From Podarcis bocagei (taxonomy: Eukaryota): DNA of 64,000 bases. Below the pieces are notes generated by a model that did not search any database, was not told the DNA's origin, and was given only the letters and a program-made list of their open reading frames with translations. The DNA lies in NCBI GenBank assembly GCA_964188305.1, contig OZ076890.1; one strand, given 5' to 3'. The position numbers and the translations under genes were made by a program. This document shows positions 12,571 through 25,400 of the stretch, one piece after another. Position 1 is the first letter of the stretch. Each line of letters starts with the position of its first letter.

Positions 12571-14601
12571 AAAACCCTTACCATTAGTTCTGAATATTGG
12601 TTCTACCTAAAAAATACGGATGCATCAAGGAATTAGCTAGCTGATTCTTGTTAGCATGCAAGAGGTCATAGTAGATATTTGAATTTTTCTTGCAGTTCCA
12701 GATATGCAGTTGAATGAATTGGAAGATTTTATACACTTGAATTAGTTAAAGTTCTGCCTAATTATAAAATAATTCCCATGTAATACATAGTTAAGATATA
12801 TTCTGTCAATTGTGTATAATTTAGTTTAATGCAGTAATAGTATGCAACAATACAAAAATTAGTTTTTCTGCTTATTACTATGAATTAATGATGGTGTGGC
12901 AGTGCAAACAACCTCCAAGTATACAAATTAATATTAGAAAATTTATGAATCTTGCATCGATATAACAATGTTATAGCTAATTCAGACTTCAGTTTACTAT
13001 GAAACAATGCAATCTTGCAGCAACAACACTTGAAGAAACAGTCATCAGAATATTTGCTGAACTCAGTGGACTTTGGGCTACAATCTGTATTTGCTGGAAC
13101 ATTTCCTGCCTGCCCTTATTTAATTAAATAAAACTGCATACATTGCATGTTGGATTGTTCACTGATCACCCTTTTGTTCAACCAAGTAAAACAACTGAAG
13201 GTGAGATCCAACTAAATCATTCTCAGAGTAGACCGATGGAAAGCAAAGGACTTAAGATACTTAACACTTATTACAGTGGATTGATTAGTCTGAGTATGAC
13301 TAATGTTGGATATCAACCTGAATCGGGGTGGGGAACTCCAGGCCTGGGGACTGAATGTGGTCCTCCAGGCCTCTTTTCTGATACCAAAAGTTGCCATGAG
13401 CCATAGGTCACATTTCTAATTAAAATACGTTGTTTTAAAAAATAAAGAAGTTTCTAGAGGAAAAAACATGGTAGCAAGAACTGCTGCAGAATACATTCTG
13501 ATAGGTTCATAAGGAGTTGCAGTTCCTTCAAGGAGTTCAGAACTAGGATACACGGAGTTATCCATTTACTGTAACTTTAGAGTCCCTTTCCACCTTTGTT
13601 TTCACTCTTCCCCAGCAACTTGTTTTGTCCGTACAAAATACTTTGTTTCCTAGTCCCACTAAAATGGCTATTTTTGTAGTCCAATTACTCAAGGGTCTTA
13701 TTGCTCAAAGGGAATTTCCATTAGAGGTTTTCCTGCATGGAACAAACTAGGCCTAGTTGTAGATGTGAGCCTAGTCTTGTAAAGGAATAAACCATGACAG
13801 CTCTAGATATGAATGATCACAGTTCAGAAAAAGTATCATTCTGCATTTGGTAAGTAGAGCAGAGTCATCCATTCTTCTGTGCCAAGTTCAAGCAGAAGTG
13901 CCGGTGTGTGAGGGTGATTTGAGGGGGCGGGGAGCAGTGGTTGCACATGTGATATCAGGATGTTGGGAGTATCTGTGGGTGGAACTGAATGTGGCAGCTG
14001 TGTGGCTACACGGCTCCTTCTCCGCCTCTTCCTGGTGCTGCCACTGGCGGAAGGTTGCTTAAACCCTCCTTCCTGCCCTTGGCAGGAGGAGGAGAAGGAG
14101 CTGGCCACTGGAGCATTGCCACACTCGGCTCTGCGCTTCGCCTCTGTATTTTTTTGGACATGGGAGGCAGGCCCCCATCCCCAAAATATTCAGGGGCTTA
14201 GCCCCCAGGAGCTGGTGGGGGGACTAAGTTCAAGTAACCTTAGTTTATAGATACCTATTACTATAGCGCATATATGTACACACACACACATACTGTGTGT
14301 GTGTGTCAGTGTTCTCTTATCACATCTTAGTAAACAGTTTGATTCTCTCAGTGCAGGTGGTACTGGCACAAGGGAAAGAACAGTATAAAATAATGAATAC
14401 CGAACAGATGGGTGACCTAGTCATCCTTGCATCATTATCATTATTATGAAATTTACATTCTGTCTCAGAAGTTCACTTTAGTTATTATAGTGCAGAATGT
14501 AATTCTCCACTAGCTCAGCAGCTCAGGGCAGTCTGTAATGACTTGTACTAAAACAGAAAGGTGGATATGTTGGTCTGTAAGAAAAACAAACAAAAATCCA
14601 C

Positions 14602-14690
14602 AAACGCAGTTGGTTAGTAGGGCTAACCAAAACGCAGTTGGTTAGTAGGGCTAACCAAAACGCAGTTGGTTAGTAGGGCTAACCAAAACG
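14602..14690. repeat. 28-bp perfect tandem repeat x3
   Basis: (AAACGCAGTTGGTTAGTAGGGCTAACCA)3. Confidence 0.95.
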
Positions 14691-16593
14691 TCACAAAATT
14701 GAGGCAAGCTTTCAAGCTCTCCAGCACCCTGCTTCAGGCAAAATGCTACAGAAAGTGCAGGGTGTTAGCAGGAGGAAAAATAAAGTCAAAATGTCCAAAA
14801 TTTACAATGAATGTTGTAGCTTGTTTTGCCTAGTTACCAGGGAGTAACTATAGGTTACAATGTATCAAAATAAAACAACTAGTTCTACATCTCCATTGAT
14901 GCTGTCTATTTAGTGCTTTTCAAACAGCAGTCATATAAACCACTTTTGAAACTAGGGGGTTTTCAGAGTAGTTTGTGATGAAGCATTGTATTCTGCCATC
15001 CTCAGAAAGATAACATACCTCCTGAATAAGCGCAAGCCATTTTGAGGAAATAAATACTGGCTATATTTCAAAAGCCTACTTCAGCCCATAAGACCAATAG
15101 ATCCTAGAAGAGGTGTGCCTCTCCCCTCCCCAATTTCTTCTTTGAACAGTTAAGCCCACTTCGTATCACAAACAGTTTTTGAATTTATATCTATTTAAAA
15201 ATAAGTTACAATCCCTTGTGGGGAAAAGAAAAAACCCCACAGGTTTTAAGTATATTTGGGCTAATTTTGAGGTTCTGTGAATTTGGCCCATTATTGCCTG
15301 GGCTATGACCAGAACATTTTTTTAATGGGGATTTATTTTATTTTTTAAAAAAAATGCTGCTCTCCATTTCCCCTTTCACTAGGCCCTCAAACAGAACATC
15401 TGATCCATAAGTGATTAAAGTTAACCCTGTTTAAAAAATTTACAAGTGATTTGAAGACATGGTCTGAAGGCTGTGATCCTAAGCATAATCATCTGAAAGT
15501 GAAAGCTATTGATAGGATTTCCCAGTAAAGATGTTTAGGATGTTAAGTGTATAAATACAGGGGGCTTTGTAAAAGGAAAACAATTATATGATTATTAAAA
15601 TAGCTATTATACTTTCAGAATTAAGTTATTGATCAGTTTAAAGTTATGATTCATATATAAGGCTCTTCCGACTCCAAGCATTTTTCACAATCATGCCTAA
15701 GAGGAGGACTTGGAATCTGTGACTCTCTTCACCCTAAACTTCTGTGTCTCTGTCATTCCAGGCTCTGCCTCTTATCAACTGTAACGTGAGTAATGCATCC
15801 TGAGTCAGAGGTAACACCCACCTACTACTTGACAGAGTCAAACATTTGGGTCAGTAAAGCTTCCAGCTTAAAAGGACCTTTTGCTATTAGACTATATTCA
15901 CAAAATTGCATTTTAATGTTGTAAATTAAGTAAGTTTTGAGTACTCCTTTTAATTTTTAAAATCAGGTGCTTTTTTATGAAACCTTTAAAGCGAGAGCCT
16001 TACTCATATGAAGTCTTCAAGAAATACACACTTCAGGGCTTTATGATTAACACACACTCCTGTTACTTCAGTTCACATAATTTAGCAGCACTTTTACAAA
16101 TAAATAAATAAACATTCATATTAATTATACTGTGTTTAAAAGCTCTGCATCCATTGTTAAAAGTATTGCTTTTGATCATTATTAAATTACATTAAATAGA
16201 CCATAATACAAAAATAGATTGCACCTAGTGCTTTGGAAAAATTGTCTTTGGCTGCAATCTTATATAAACTTACAGAGGAGTAGTCTCATTCAACTCAATG
16301 AGGCTTACTTCTGAGTCAGCACATATATGGTTACATTGTTGTTATTTGTTTGGTTCCATATTTTAACAACTACAGAGATATCTAAAGAGCTACTTATTGC
16401 ATTGCACATTAAAATTTTAATTTTAGAGACAGCATAAATACAATGTAGGGTGTTCTTATAGTGGATAATGTATTGACTTCATTTTTTATTTACATAAATG
16501 TGGACAGGGCAAGCAGTGATTTAAACATTATATGTCTCTTTTAATTAGCTACCAAAATTTTATGCAGTATACTCCACTGTCTATCATAATCAG

Positions 16594-16741
16594 AATAAAA
16601 AATTCCTTCCAGTAGCACCTTAAAGACCAACTAAGTTAGTTCTACTAAGTTAGTTCAAGAACTAACTTAGTTGGTCTTTAAGGTGCTACTGGAAGGAATT
16701 TTTTATTTTGACTATGGCAGACCAACACGGCTACCTATCTG
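16594..16741. mobile_element. Penelope-like element terminus forming an inverted repeat
   Basis: 50-bp perfect inverted arms, then GGCAGACCAACACGGCTACC, typical of squamate Penelope ends; flanking 16-bp direct repeat. Confidence 0.7.
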
Positions 16742-19299
16742 TATCATAATCAGAATAGAGAACATTGTATTTTGGCTAAGAATGTGCTTATAACTAAATG
16801 AAGGAGTTTGTCAGAAACGAATCCTTGACTGAAGAAAAACTAGAAAATCCTATCAGCAATTCCATGTTCCTTTCTAGACAATTTATTATTAGATATTTCT
16901 GATGACACACCTTTTGCTATCTAAAATATACTCAGTCTGTCTTTTCAGAAATAGTCATTTAATTTACTATGCTTTTGTGATAATTTTTATGAAAAGTACT
17001 ATGTAAAAAACAAATCAGCCATCTTTGGTCAAAAGGTCTACTATGTGTCTGCCACTGCCATTGTTACATTAATACTGTAAAAGGGAAATTTGAATGGCAC
17101 AGTTCATTGGGAAAAGACTAAGTTCATGTTTGTGTATATGTGTGTATAGATTAAGATTCTTGCACGCCTTTAATCTGTTATGGGCTAAAGATTGGGCAGG
17201 CAGTGAAGAGGTACAGGGTCAAGGTTAGGAGTAGAGAAACAAGAAGCCGTAGATGGAAAGCTCTGTAAAATATTGTATAATGCTGGGGTATTATACAAAT
17301 TCTGAATGCTTGTGTAGAAAAACTTCTCTATCAGCAAGTTTTAAAAGAAGATTTAAATACCCACCAGACACTATGATTTGAGAGAAGCCTTGATTTCTTG
17401 GCAACACTTAAGGATTTGGACAACAGGTCAGGTTTTTAAAGAGGCAGACCTTCTAACTGCTATATGGCTCCTTCTCCATCTTTGGCTTGCTCAGTAACAT
17501 ACACTATGTAAATGGGAGCCAAGGAACCATCTTCAAATGCTGGAAGAAGCTGTCAGTGGTCAACTGCAAAAATAGGGTCTAGTTTCCGGTCTTCATATTT
17601 TTAACTGAGCCCATGCATGGGTCCTGCAAGATGGTATTTTACTGCTACTTTCTCTGAAGTGGATTCCATAACTTCTAGCTCAGATTTAGCATACTTCTGG
17701 GCAAGGGCATAATTTTTAAATGGCTCATTGGCAAGAGTGTTTCCTTTCCCCCCTGCAGAAAGAATAAATCTAGATTAAATAGAAGAAATGTGGGCTGACA
17801 TTTTGATGCTGAAGATATCATATGGACAGTTCCAAAAAAACATACATGCAGCAGAAACATCAATCATGCAGTAATCACCCATGTGGAACCACCCTTTGAC
17901 TGACATAGTCATGCAGATCAACAAATGAAGTTAGGTAGTTTTTCAGGGAAAGACTATAGGTCAATTAGAGAACACATATTTGCAATCCAAAATTTCAAGG
18001 TTCAATCTCTGGGAATATCAGTTAAAAGGACGTTGCTGGGGCTTAGACTAGATGACCCTCAGAAACCCTTCCAATTTTACAATTCTTTTGTTCTTTTACC
18101 TTCCTGCCACTCCCCCCCCCCCATAGTAAGCAGCAGGAAATCCACTGCTGGGAGGTGAGGCATGTGTTCCTATCTCCTTAATGACTGTCCTGCAAATGAG
18201 GATTGGAATTTTTATAATTGGATTGGATACAAACCTGTTATTGCATGAATGGAAAGGCTCCTTCCGTTTTCACAGGGAATGAGGATCCAGTGAATTCCAC
18301 CACTTCCTTCTGCAGCTCTGAGCTTCACTTTGCACACTGTTCTGGAGAGGGCTGAAGAGAGGAGGCAAAAATCACTACCTACTGTCAGTAGAGTTGTGCT
18401 GAGCACAAGTCATAATGTAACCCAGCAAAATGTTTAAGCCAATTCAGTCCACTATGGACTTTAAAGAACAAAAGGTTAAAATACATAGCCTTTAGTTAAC
18501 AGATTCTGGCAGATTTAGCATACTGATTGAGGGCTGCATGCATGGGTATTCCTTGCTCTATGTCATATTAATAACGCTTTCTAAACAATAAGCACTTAAG
18601 CATCTAGGAGGTATATGAGGTAACTGAAAAATAGATAACCCTTATTTAGATAATTCCTGTTTACAGCCTTATAATATATGGGCAGGATTCATATAAGAAA
18701 GTTAATTTCCCCTGAAACATTAGGATCATGTAGATGCTGAGCCAAAGGATGAAAAGAAAGGCAGGGGGAGCTTGGAAAAACATGAGGGGAAAGGCTTAAC
18801 TTTTTGTTTCTGCGTTAAAGGAAGCAGTTTGTATAGTTATGCTGTATAATTTCTTTGTAAAATGTTGTAGTAGAAATCAGAAAGGTATGAGCAAAGACTA
18901 AGAAGAGAGCCTGAGCAAAGAAATGTGCTTCAAATAAAATGAGAAATCACTGTGAGGTCATAAGAGCACATCATTCGTAGTAGAGAATGGAAAGCCTGGT
19001 TATCAGCTAGACACTATTCAAAGTGCAACGTAATAGTATCTTGATGTATTTATTGACTTAAATATTACAGTATTTGGCATCAGGCATATTAACAAACCAA
19101 CCTGTTTACGTGCTGTTCTGTCACTTTCTTCAAAGAGTACCCACACGAAAGATAGCACAAAGTATAGTGATTTGGTACAACCATCCTTGAGATTGCATGC
19201 AAACAACCCTATTTCAGGGAATATGTATATACTCCAGATGATGATTACACATTGAACTATCTTGTACTTACTGCAGTTGCAAAAATAAGATTGAAAGCA

Positions 19300-19400
19300 T
19301 GTTGGTTGTGGGTTTGAGTCCCACTTTGGGCAAAAGATTCCTGCTTTGTAGGGGGTTGGACTAAATGACCCTCTGGGTCTCTTCCAACTCAATGATTCTA
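19300..19400 (+). mobile_element. 5'-truncated copy of the tRNA/CR1-tail SINE
   Basis: Homologous to 43110..43208. Confidence 0.7.
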
Positions 19401-22258
19401 AGTTATTAAAGCCCATTGAAATCTTTGAAGCCAAGAGAGAAGAAGCTGAAAAGGATTCCCTGTGATCAGGGACAGGGTTCTAGACCCTAGCACTTATTTG
19501 CTGGGATGGGGAGCCTTATCCGCCTGAGGGTTACCTGCTCTTATGAGCAAGCTTCTGGGGGCCACATGCCCGTAGCAGGGAGGCGAGAGAGAAAAGGGGA
19601 TGCAGCAGTAGATATGACTCTTTCTTTTGTATAGTAAGCTACATTTCAAGTACTGTACACAGAAGTGAGAGGTTTTACACATACACATACACACACGCAC
19701 TATTCAGGCAAAAGTACTAGAGAAAGATGCAGAGCAGGTCTCATGATGGGTGTGGCCTGGGGGCTAAACCAAAGCTCTAGGAGGAACACATTCAGTCTCC
19801 TCATCTGAAGTTCTTCATCCCTGCCTTACATGAAGCAGAATACTTTATGCAAAAGAAGCAAATAGTAACCAATTTGTATAATTTAAATATGTGGCATAAT
19901 TCCTTCTGGACCCCAAATTTGGTTCATATTGTTGCAGTTTTTTTATGGTTTTATTTTTCAGACAGAATACATGCAGTCTGCTTAGTCCCCTGCATAATTC
20001 TGTGAATATAGTTAATATAATAGTTCTCATTAAATTATGAAAGAAGAATAATGCAAATTAGTGCAGACTATAAGAAATATTTGTTGAATATCAGTAAGAA
20101 AAATGTTGAAGGATCGTCTGAGATGGAGATGCAGTTTCATGTCAGGATATAGTTTTCAATTTATTCTTACAATATACTGTTTAGATTAGGTTCCTAGTAC
20201 TTTTACCATTATATATCTGCAGTAAATTTATTGCAGCTAAATAATTTTATATAAAATTCACTTTTGATTTGATGCATTTCTACATTGTGTTGGAATGGAA
20301 ACATCCAGTAATCAGCATTTGTCCATCTTGCTTATATGAATTGTTCAAAGGTATTTGGAGTTTAAGGGACAAGCTTCACTTCTTGTTGCTATGTCATTTG
20401 CTAAACAATAACAAAATTGTTCTGTGTACAAGTACACAAGCACACATTCCAGTCACCACGGGGATCCTACAGAATGTGGTGTCCTTGTGATGAATGATCC
20501 TTGCCATGGCGATAATAATTGCTATATTGATTTCCGCCATCACATTGAATTTCCATGCCTCTGCTTTCATTTTTCTGGCCACTGACTGTGGGTGTCTAGA
20601 AGTTATTTCATCTTCATTGTGATAGACACACAAATGTGTTGGAGAAGGGAGGAACATTCACAGACTGGTCTGCTACACATTCAAAATTTCTCCCATTTTG
20701 GAAAACAAATTAGATGCCTTTTATATACTGCAGTCTATTATTCATTTAACATAATGGTTTAGGAGACATCAACAGCAGCATCTCATTCCCCTAGCCTGAT
20801 GTCTTTGGATAAAAGTAACAGCTAACAGTTAAGTTGCTCTGTACATATGATAGTACCAACTGTTTAAACCTATTTGTTCATTTTCTAAAGCTAAGGATTT
20901 GGTCGCATTTATTAGGAAAAGCCTTCCTAAATGTTTTGTGTCTATTCTCTGTGCACCAATTTTATCACTGAACCAGAAGTGTAGGACGCTTGCTCTTGAA
21001 AAATCAAGTATCTTCACCAGAGCTGGAATGTAATTAGACTAACGTAGCAAATTTAGTCACTATGCTACTGGTGTGGAAGGATTGCTATACCTGGTAGATG
21101 GTAGGTGACAGATGGGAACTAGCAGAATACAAGCATCTTAGGAGATATGTACTGAAGGAGTCAGAAGAACATCCAGTGTCAGAACTATTAGCTGCTTCAG
21201 GTGATAATATAGGCCAGTTAAAAACATTAGTTCTGTCATATGTGCCTAATATGCCATCATGAAGGTAGTGCCATGACTTCTGTAACTGCATTTCCACACT
21301 TCAATGCTATATATCCGACACACACCTTGATCTTGAATAATTGACATTTATGTTTGTAGTTACTGATGCTCATTGAAATTTTTGGAGCCATTTAGAATTG
21401 TACTGCTAAAGCATGAAGCATTTATAGTATACTTTGGTTTTATGATGCACTCAAAACCAGACTATGGGGTGTTTTTGCTTTTGTTGTCTTACTACTCGTC
21501 CATACTTGCACTTGTCCTGTGCGTAGAAAGCACAGGTCTGAGAGGTCTTCTGATCAGTGCATAGGCACTGGTCTATGAATTTTCCCCTTGCTCCCCTCCT
21601 TTCCCAGGAAAAACCCGCTCTTTAGGTTGAAATCAGAACAAATGGCAATCCACAGAAAACCCAACTGCCGTTTGCCCCAACTGAGTGCTAAAGAGCAGTA
21701 TTCCCCAGGGGAAAGCAGTGGAATAAGAGGAAGTCTGGATAAGCCCTTAATTTTTGATCAGTCTGAAAGAACAATTTTTTTATAATTAATTTTATAATGG
21801 CACAACACATGAAGTATGGGGGAGAGGGATAGTAGCATGCTTGATTACAGAAAATAATAAAGTATGAAATATGTAGCTAAAATAATGCTAGTATTTTTTA
21901 AACTGTAGGGCAGTGTCCTTTAAAGTCCTTTAAATGCATAAGCTTCTTTTATGTTTTGATCTTCCAGTGCTCAACTGTAACTAGTTTCAAACAAATTATT
22001 AAAGAATCACATAAAAATTAAAAGAAGCACCCAAACAAGCTTAGCAACAGCAACAGCAGCAGCAGTGTACAGTATTCATTATTTAGGCTTAAATGGCACA
22101 TAACCTACTTTATTGCATCATGATAATACTGATTTTTAGATGGCATGGTTCAGTGATGTAAACTGTGACAATTTAAAAAAATTAATCTTCTAAAACTTTG
22201 TTGATTTTACTAATCTTATTAAAAAGGGAAGATTACACTGTGAATATTGTGCCTCAAT

Positions 22259-22454
22259 NNNNNNNNNNNNNNNNNNNNNNNNNNNNNNNNNNNNNNNNNN
22301 NNNNNNNNNNNNNNNNNNNNNNNNNNNNNNNNNNNNNNNNNNNNNNNNNNNNNNNNNNNNNNNNNNNNNNNNNNNNNNNNNNNNNNNNNNNNNNNNNNNN
22401 NNNNNNNNNNNNNNNNNNNNNNNNNNNNNNNNNNNNNNNNNNNNNNNNNNNNNN
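22259..22454. other. Assembly gap (196 N)
   Basis: Run of N. Confidence 1.
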
Positions 22455-25400
22455 ATCATACACCATCATTTTAGCTATAGATTATCTCAATGCTGCTTTA
22501 TTGTGCCTCATCTCAGCAGCATATGTGGATTTAGTCTTGTATGCTTTGACAATGGTTTTTGACATGATCTTTGCACATTTATTCTCTAGAGTTCAGTTAA
22601 CATTAAATCCCAAGCTTGCAAAATTTAGACAATCTTGTATTCCACAGTTGCATATATTTGCTCTATTTCACAAAACTTTAGATATGCTTTCCACCCTATA
22701 TATAATGTTTATAGGTTACTATGCAACATTAAACAGGAAACAGTTTGTTACAGTATGAAGTCCTGATTCAATAAAAATAAAAAATGGAATAGACTGTGAT
22801 TTAACCACATTGTTAAATCCTACATTCTCCATCTCTAGACTCCCACCCCACCAGTTCAAGTGTATATAAGCAAGAGACACACCTACAGAGTAGATGAAGA
22901 AAGTGGTAGAGCCCTGATTCATTGTTGATGGGAAAGAAACAGTGGATAGTTTCCATGCCAGGAGCCTCAAGGTCTTCCTTCCTCTACTCATAATTAGACA
23001 CAGAGCAAGGGGGTAGGGGTGAGGAGTGTGTGGCAAAAGAACCTGAGTTGGAACTCAGTAAAGAGCAGCCAAAGTAAGAAGCTTTTCAAGGTCCTTTGGG
23101 CAGTGCAGCCAGGTGGATGTCAATGTAACTCTCACAGATGTGGAAATGTAATTTCTGCCTTGGTTAGGTTTCTTTTACTTTCCAGGCAAGTAAATAACAA
23201 TTAATATTCTTCACATATTGGTTTCAGCCCCAGACAGGCTTGTACCTCCCTTTGTCTATTCTTCTGACAAAGGTGGGTATACTTAATGAATGCCATTGCT
23301 GTGAATGTTACTGAATGCCCTGCCTGCCTGCCTCTACTGCTGTGCTCTGATTTGTTAAGGAAGACTGGAATCATGTAATAGAATAGGAATGATGGCAATA
23401 AAGGAAAGTAAAAATATATAAAGGAAAGGGAAATAAAAATAATTCTTCATATCAAACCATAAACCATCATAGATTGCTGTTTGGTTGCCTGCTAAACATA
23501 TTGTCAGTATATCATAGGAGTGACTTAGAACATAAAATATGATTAGAATTTGACAAACACTGTCTTAAGCTTTCAGTACACCTTAGTTGAATATAGTATT
23601 TTGCTGACCTGCTTTTTAACTGATTCTTTTTTCTTATTTTAAGTTAAACCCTAACTCTGTATTTTTGTTTCATTGTAAAAAAAATTGTTATGATAAACTG
23701 GACTTCTATACAATTTAATTAACAGTTGAAGATATAAAGGCTTGTTGCTTTTTCTAAACTAAAATATTGATCTTTTGATTAATATGTCACTTAAAATATG
23801 TATCTTGAAAACCCTTTCCTTTCTAAATGACACTAAGGAACACTGTTTTCCTTCTTGGGTATATTCCAGAATAGTTACAGTGTTCCTGTTTAAAACAAAA
23901 AGCAAGACGTGGAAGAACACTAAAATAGCCTTTAAAATGTGTTTTATAAATGTATCTTTATTAATATAGATGTAGGCATAAAGCTAAAACTATAGAATTC
24001 ATTTTGCAGGATGGGGGTGGGATCACAGTCTCAATAATTGTAAAACATAAATCTTACATGACTAACAAAAGTCTGTTTGCTGATCGTGATAGTTCAAAAT
24101 TTGATAGATCTAAGATGTTATTCAAATCTGAAAATGCAAGTTCAATTGGAATTCCTATTTTATAGCTTTGTAAAATATTTGTTCTCATTTTTATGTTCTG
24201 ATCTGATCTTTTATCCAAAAGAGGTTCTTTACTTTCAGTGAGCTCCTATATGTACAAGTTAGAACATTAGTAAAGAAAACTGATGGGAAATTAACAAAAC
24301 CCTCTGTGTAAACATGGAATTTTTAACTGTATAATATACGTCAGTAGCTTTTAGTCTTACTTTTCATGAAAGGTTAGCAACTTGCCTTCTTAAGACTGAT
24401 ACACTGTTATTTCAGTAAATATGCCCTTGCATATTTATGCTTACACCTTGTACCTTTGCATTAATGTAATGTGTAATATTATAGCATGATTTATTAAATA
24501 TGTTCCTTAAGTAAAAAGTATGTTTATTTTGCAAGATACGGTTTGCATAATGAAAAGTTGAATATGCATTACACTTTTGAAACACATAGGACAAATGCTT
24601 GTTCCAAATGATCTGGAGAACATTCCTACACTTTCAGATAAGCATAACTTTATACTAACGGGGTGCCATTTCCATAGTCATTTTGCAGCCATCTTTGTAA
24701 ATGGGCTGCATTTGAATAGTTGAGAGATATTCTCACAAGTTCACAGAATGGGTCTGCTTCCCCATTTGTAAAACACAAGTATGGTTCTATGACCAGGAAC
24801 AACTTTTAAAATACCACCAAGAGGGAGATGATGTTCTTTAGCAGATTGCATTGCAAATCCTCATGCTCTGGACATTAGATAAGGCAGCTTTTGAAAACTT
24901 TTTGTGGGTGTGGGGAGAAGAGAGACACCTGGCTAAAGCAGCCAGATACAGAGGACATTTCTCAAAATACCAAAGCCCCCCTCTCCCATGCACCAGCCTG
25001 ATAATCATTTAAAATTAGTAATGATTTTAAAGTTGTTTTACCAGTACCAAACAATTTGACTATAAGCAGAATTTACTCGAACATGTCATTCCCAAACTTT
25101 TGAATGTGGGGATTCCCACAAGAACACAAACTTATTTTGCATTGTTTTCAGTGCATTCTAAGGGATAGTGAAATGGTGCTTAATTTATCAAGATAAGATA
25201 ATATAGGTAATATAGTATGTCAATTATATCAAAAACTGTGACTCACCTAGTGATTTGCTGTTCTATTATAGCATTCTGCTTTTAATCACTTTTAATGAGT
25301 GAAGTAAATAAATTTTACTGTTTATTCTACCCAACAGTCATTTATGCGGAATGTGGAAATTCAGTTTTGGGATTTATTATTCAGATTATGGCTGTGATCC

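Noticed and set aside
13616-13849. Possible cryptic exon (cttccccag| ... |gtaagt) standing in for the missing PDZ exon
   Set aside because: It has an in-frame stop and no similarity to the expected peptide, and I have no supporting evidence beyond splice-like motifs
14602-14690. CRISPR-like array (28-bp palindromic repeats)
   Set aside because: The repeats are directly adjacent with no spacers, there are no cas genes, and the context is a vertebrate intron
22190-22758. Long ORFs in the supplied track
   Set aside because: Artefacts of translating through the N run
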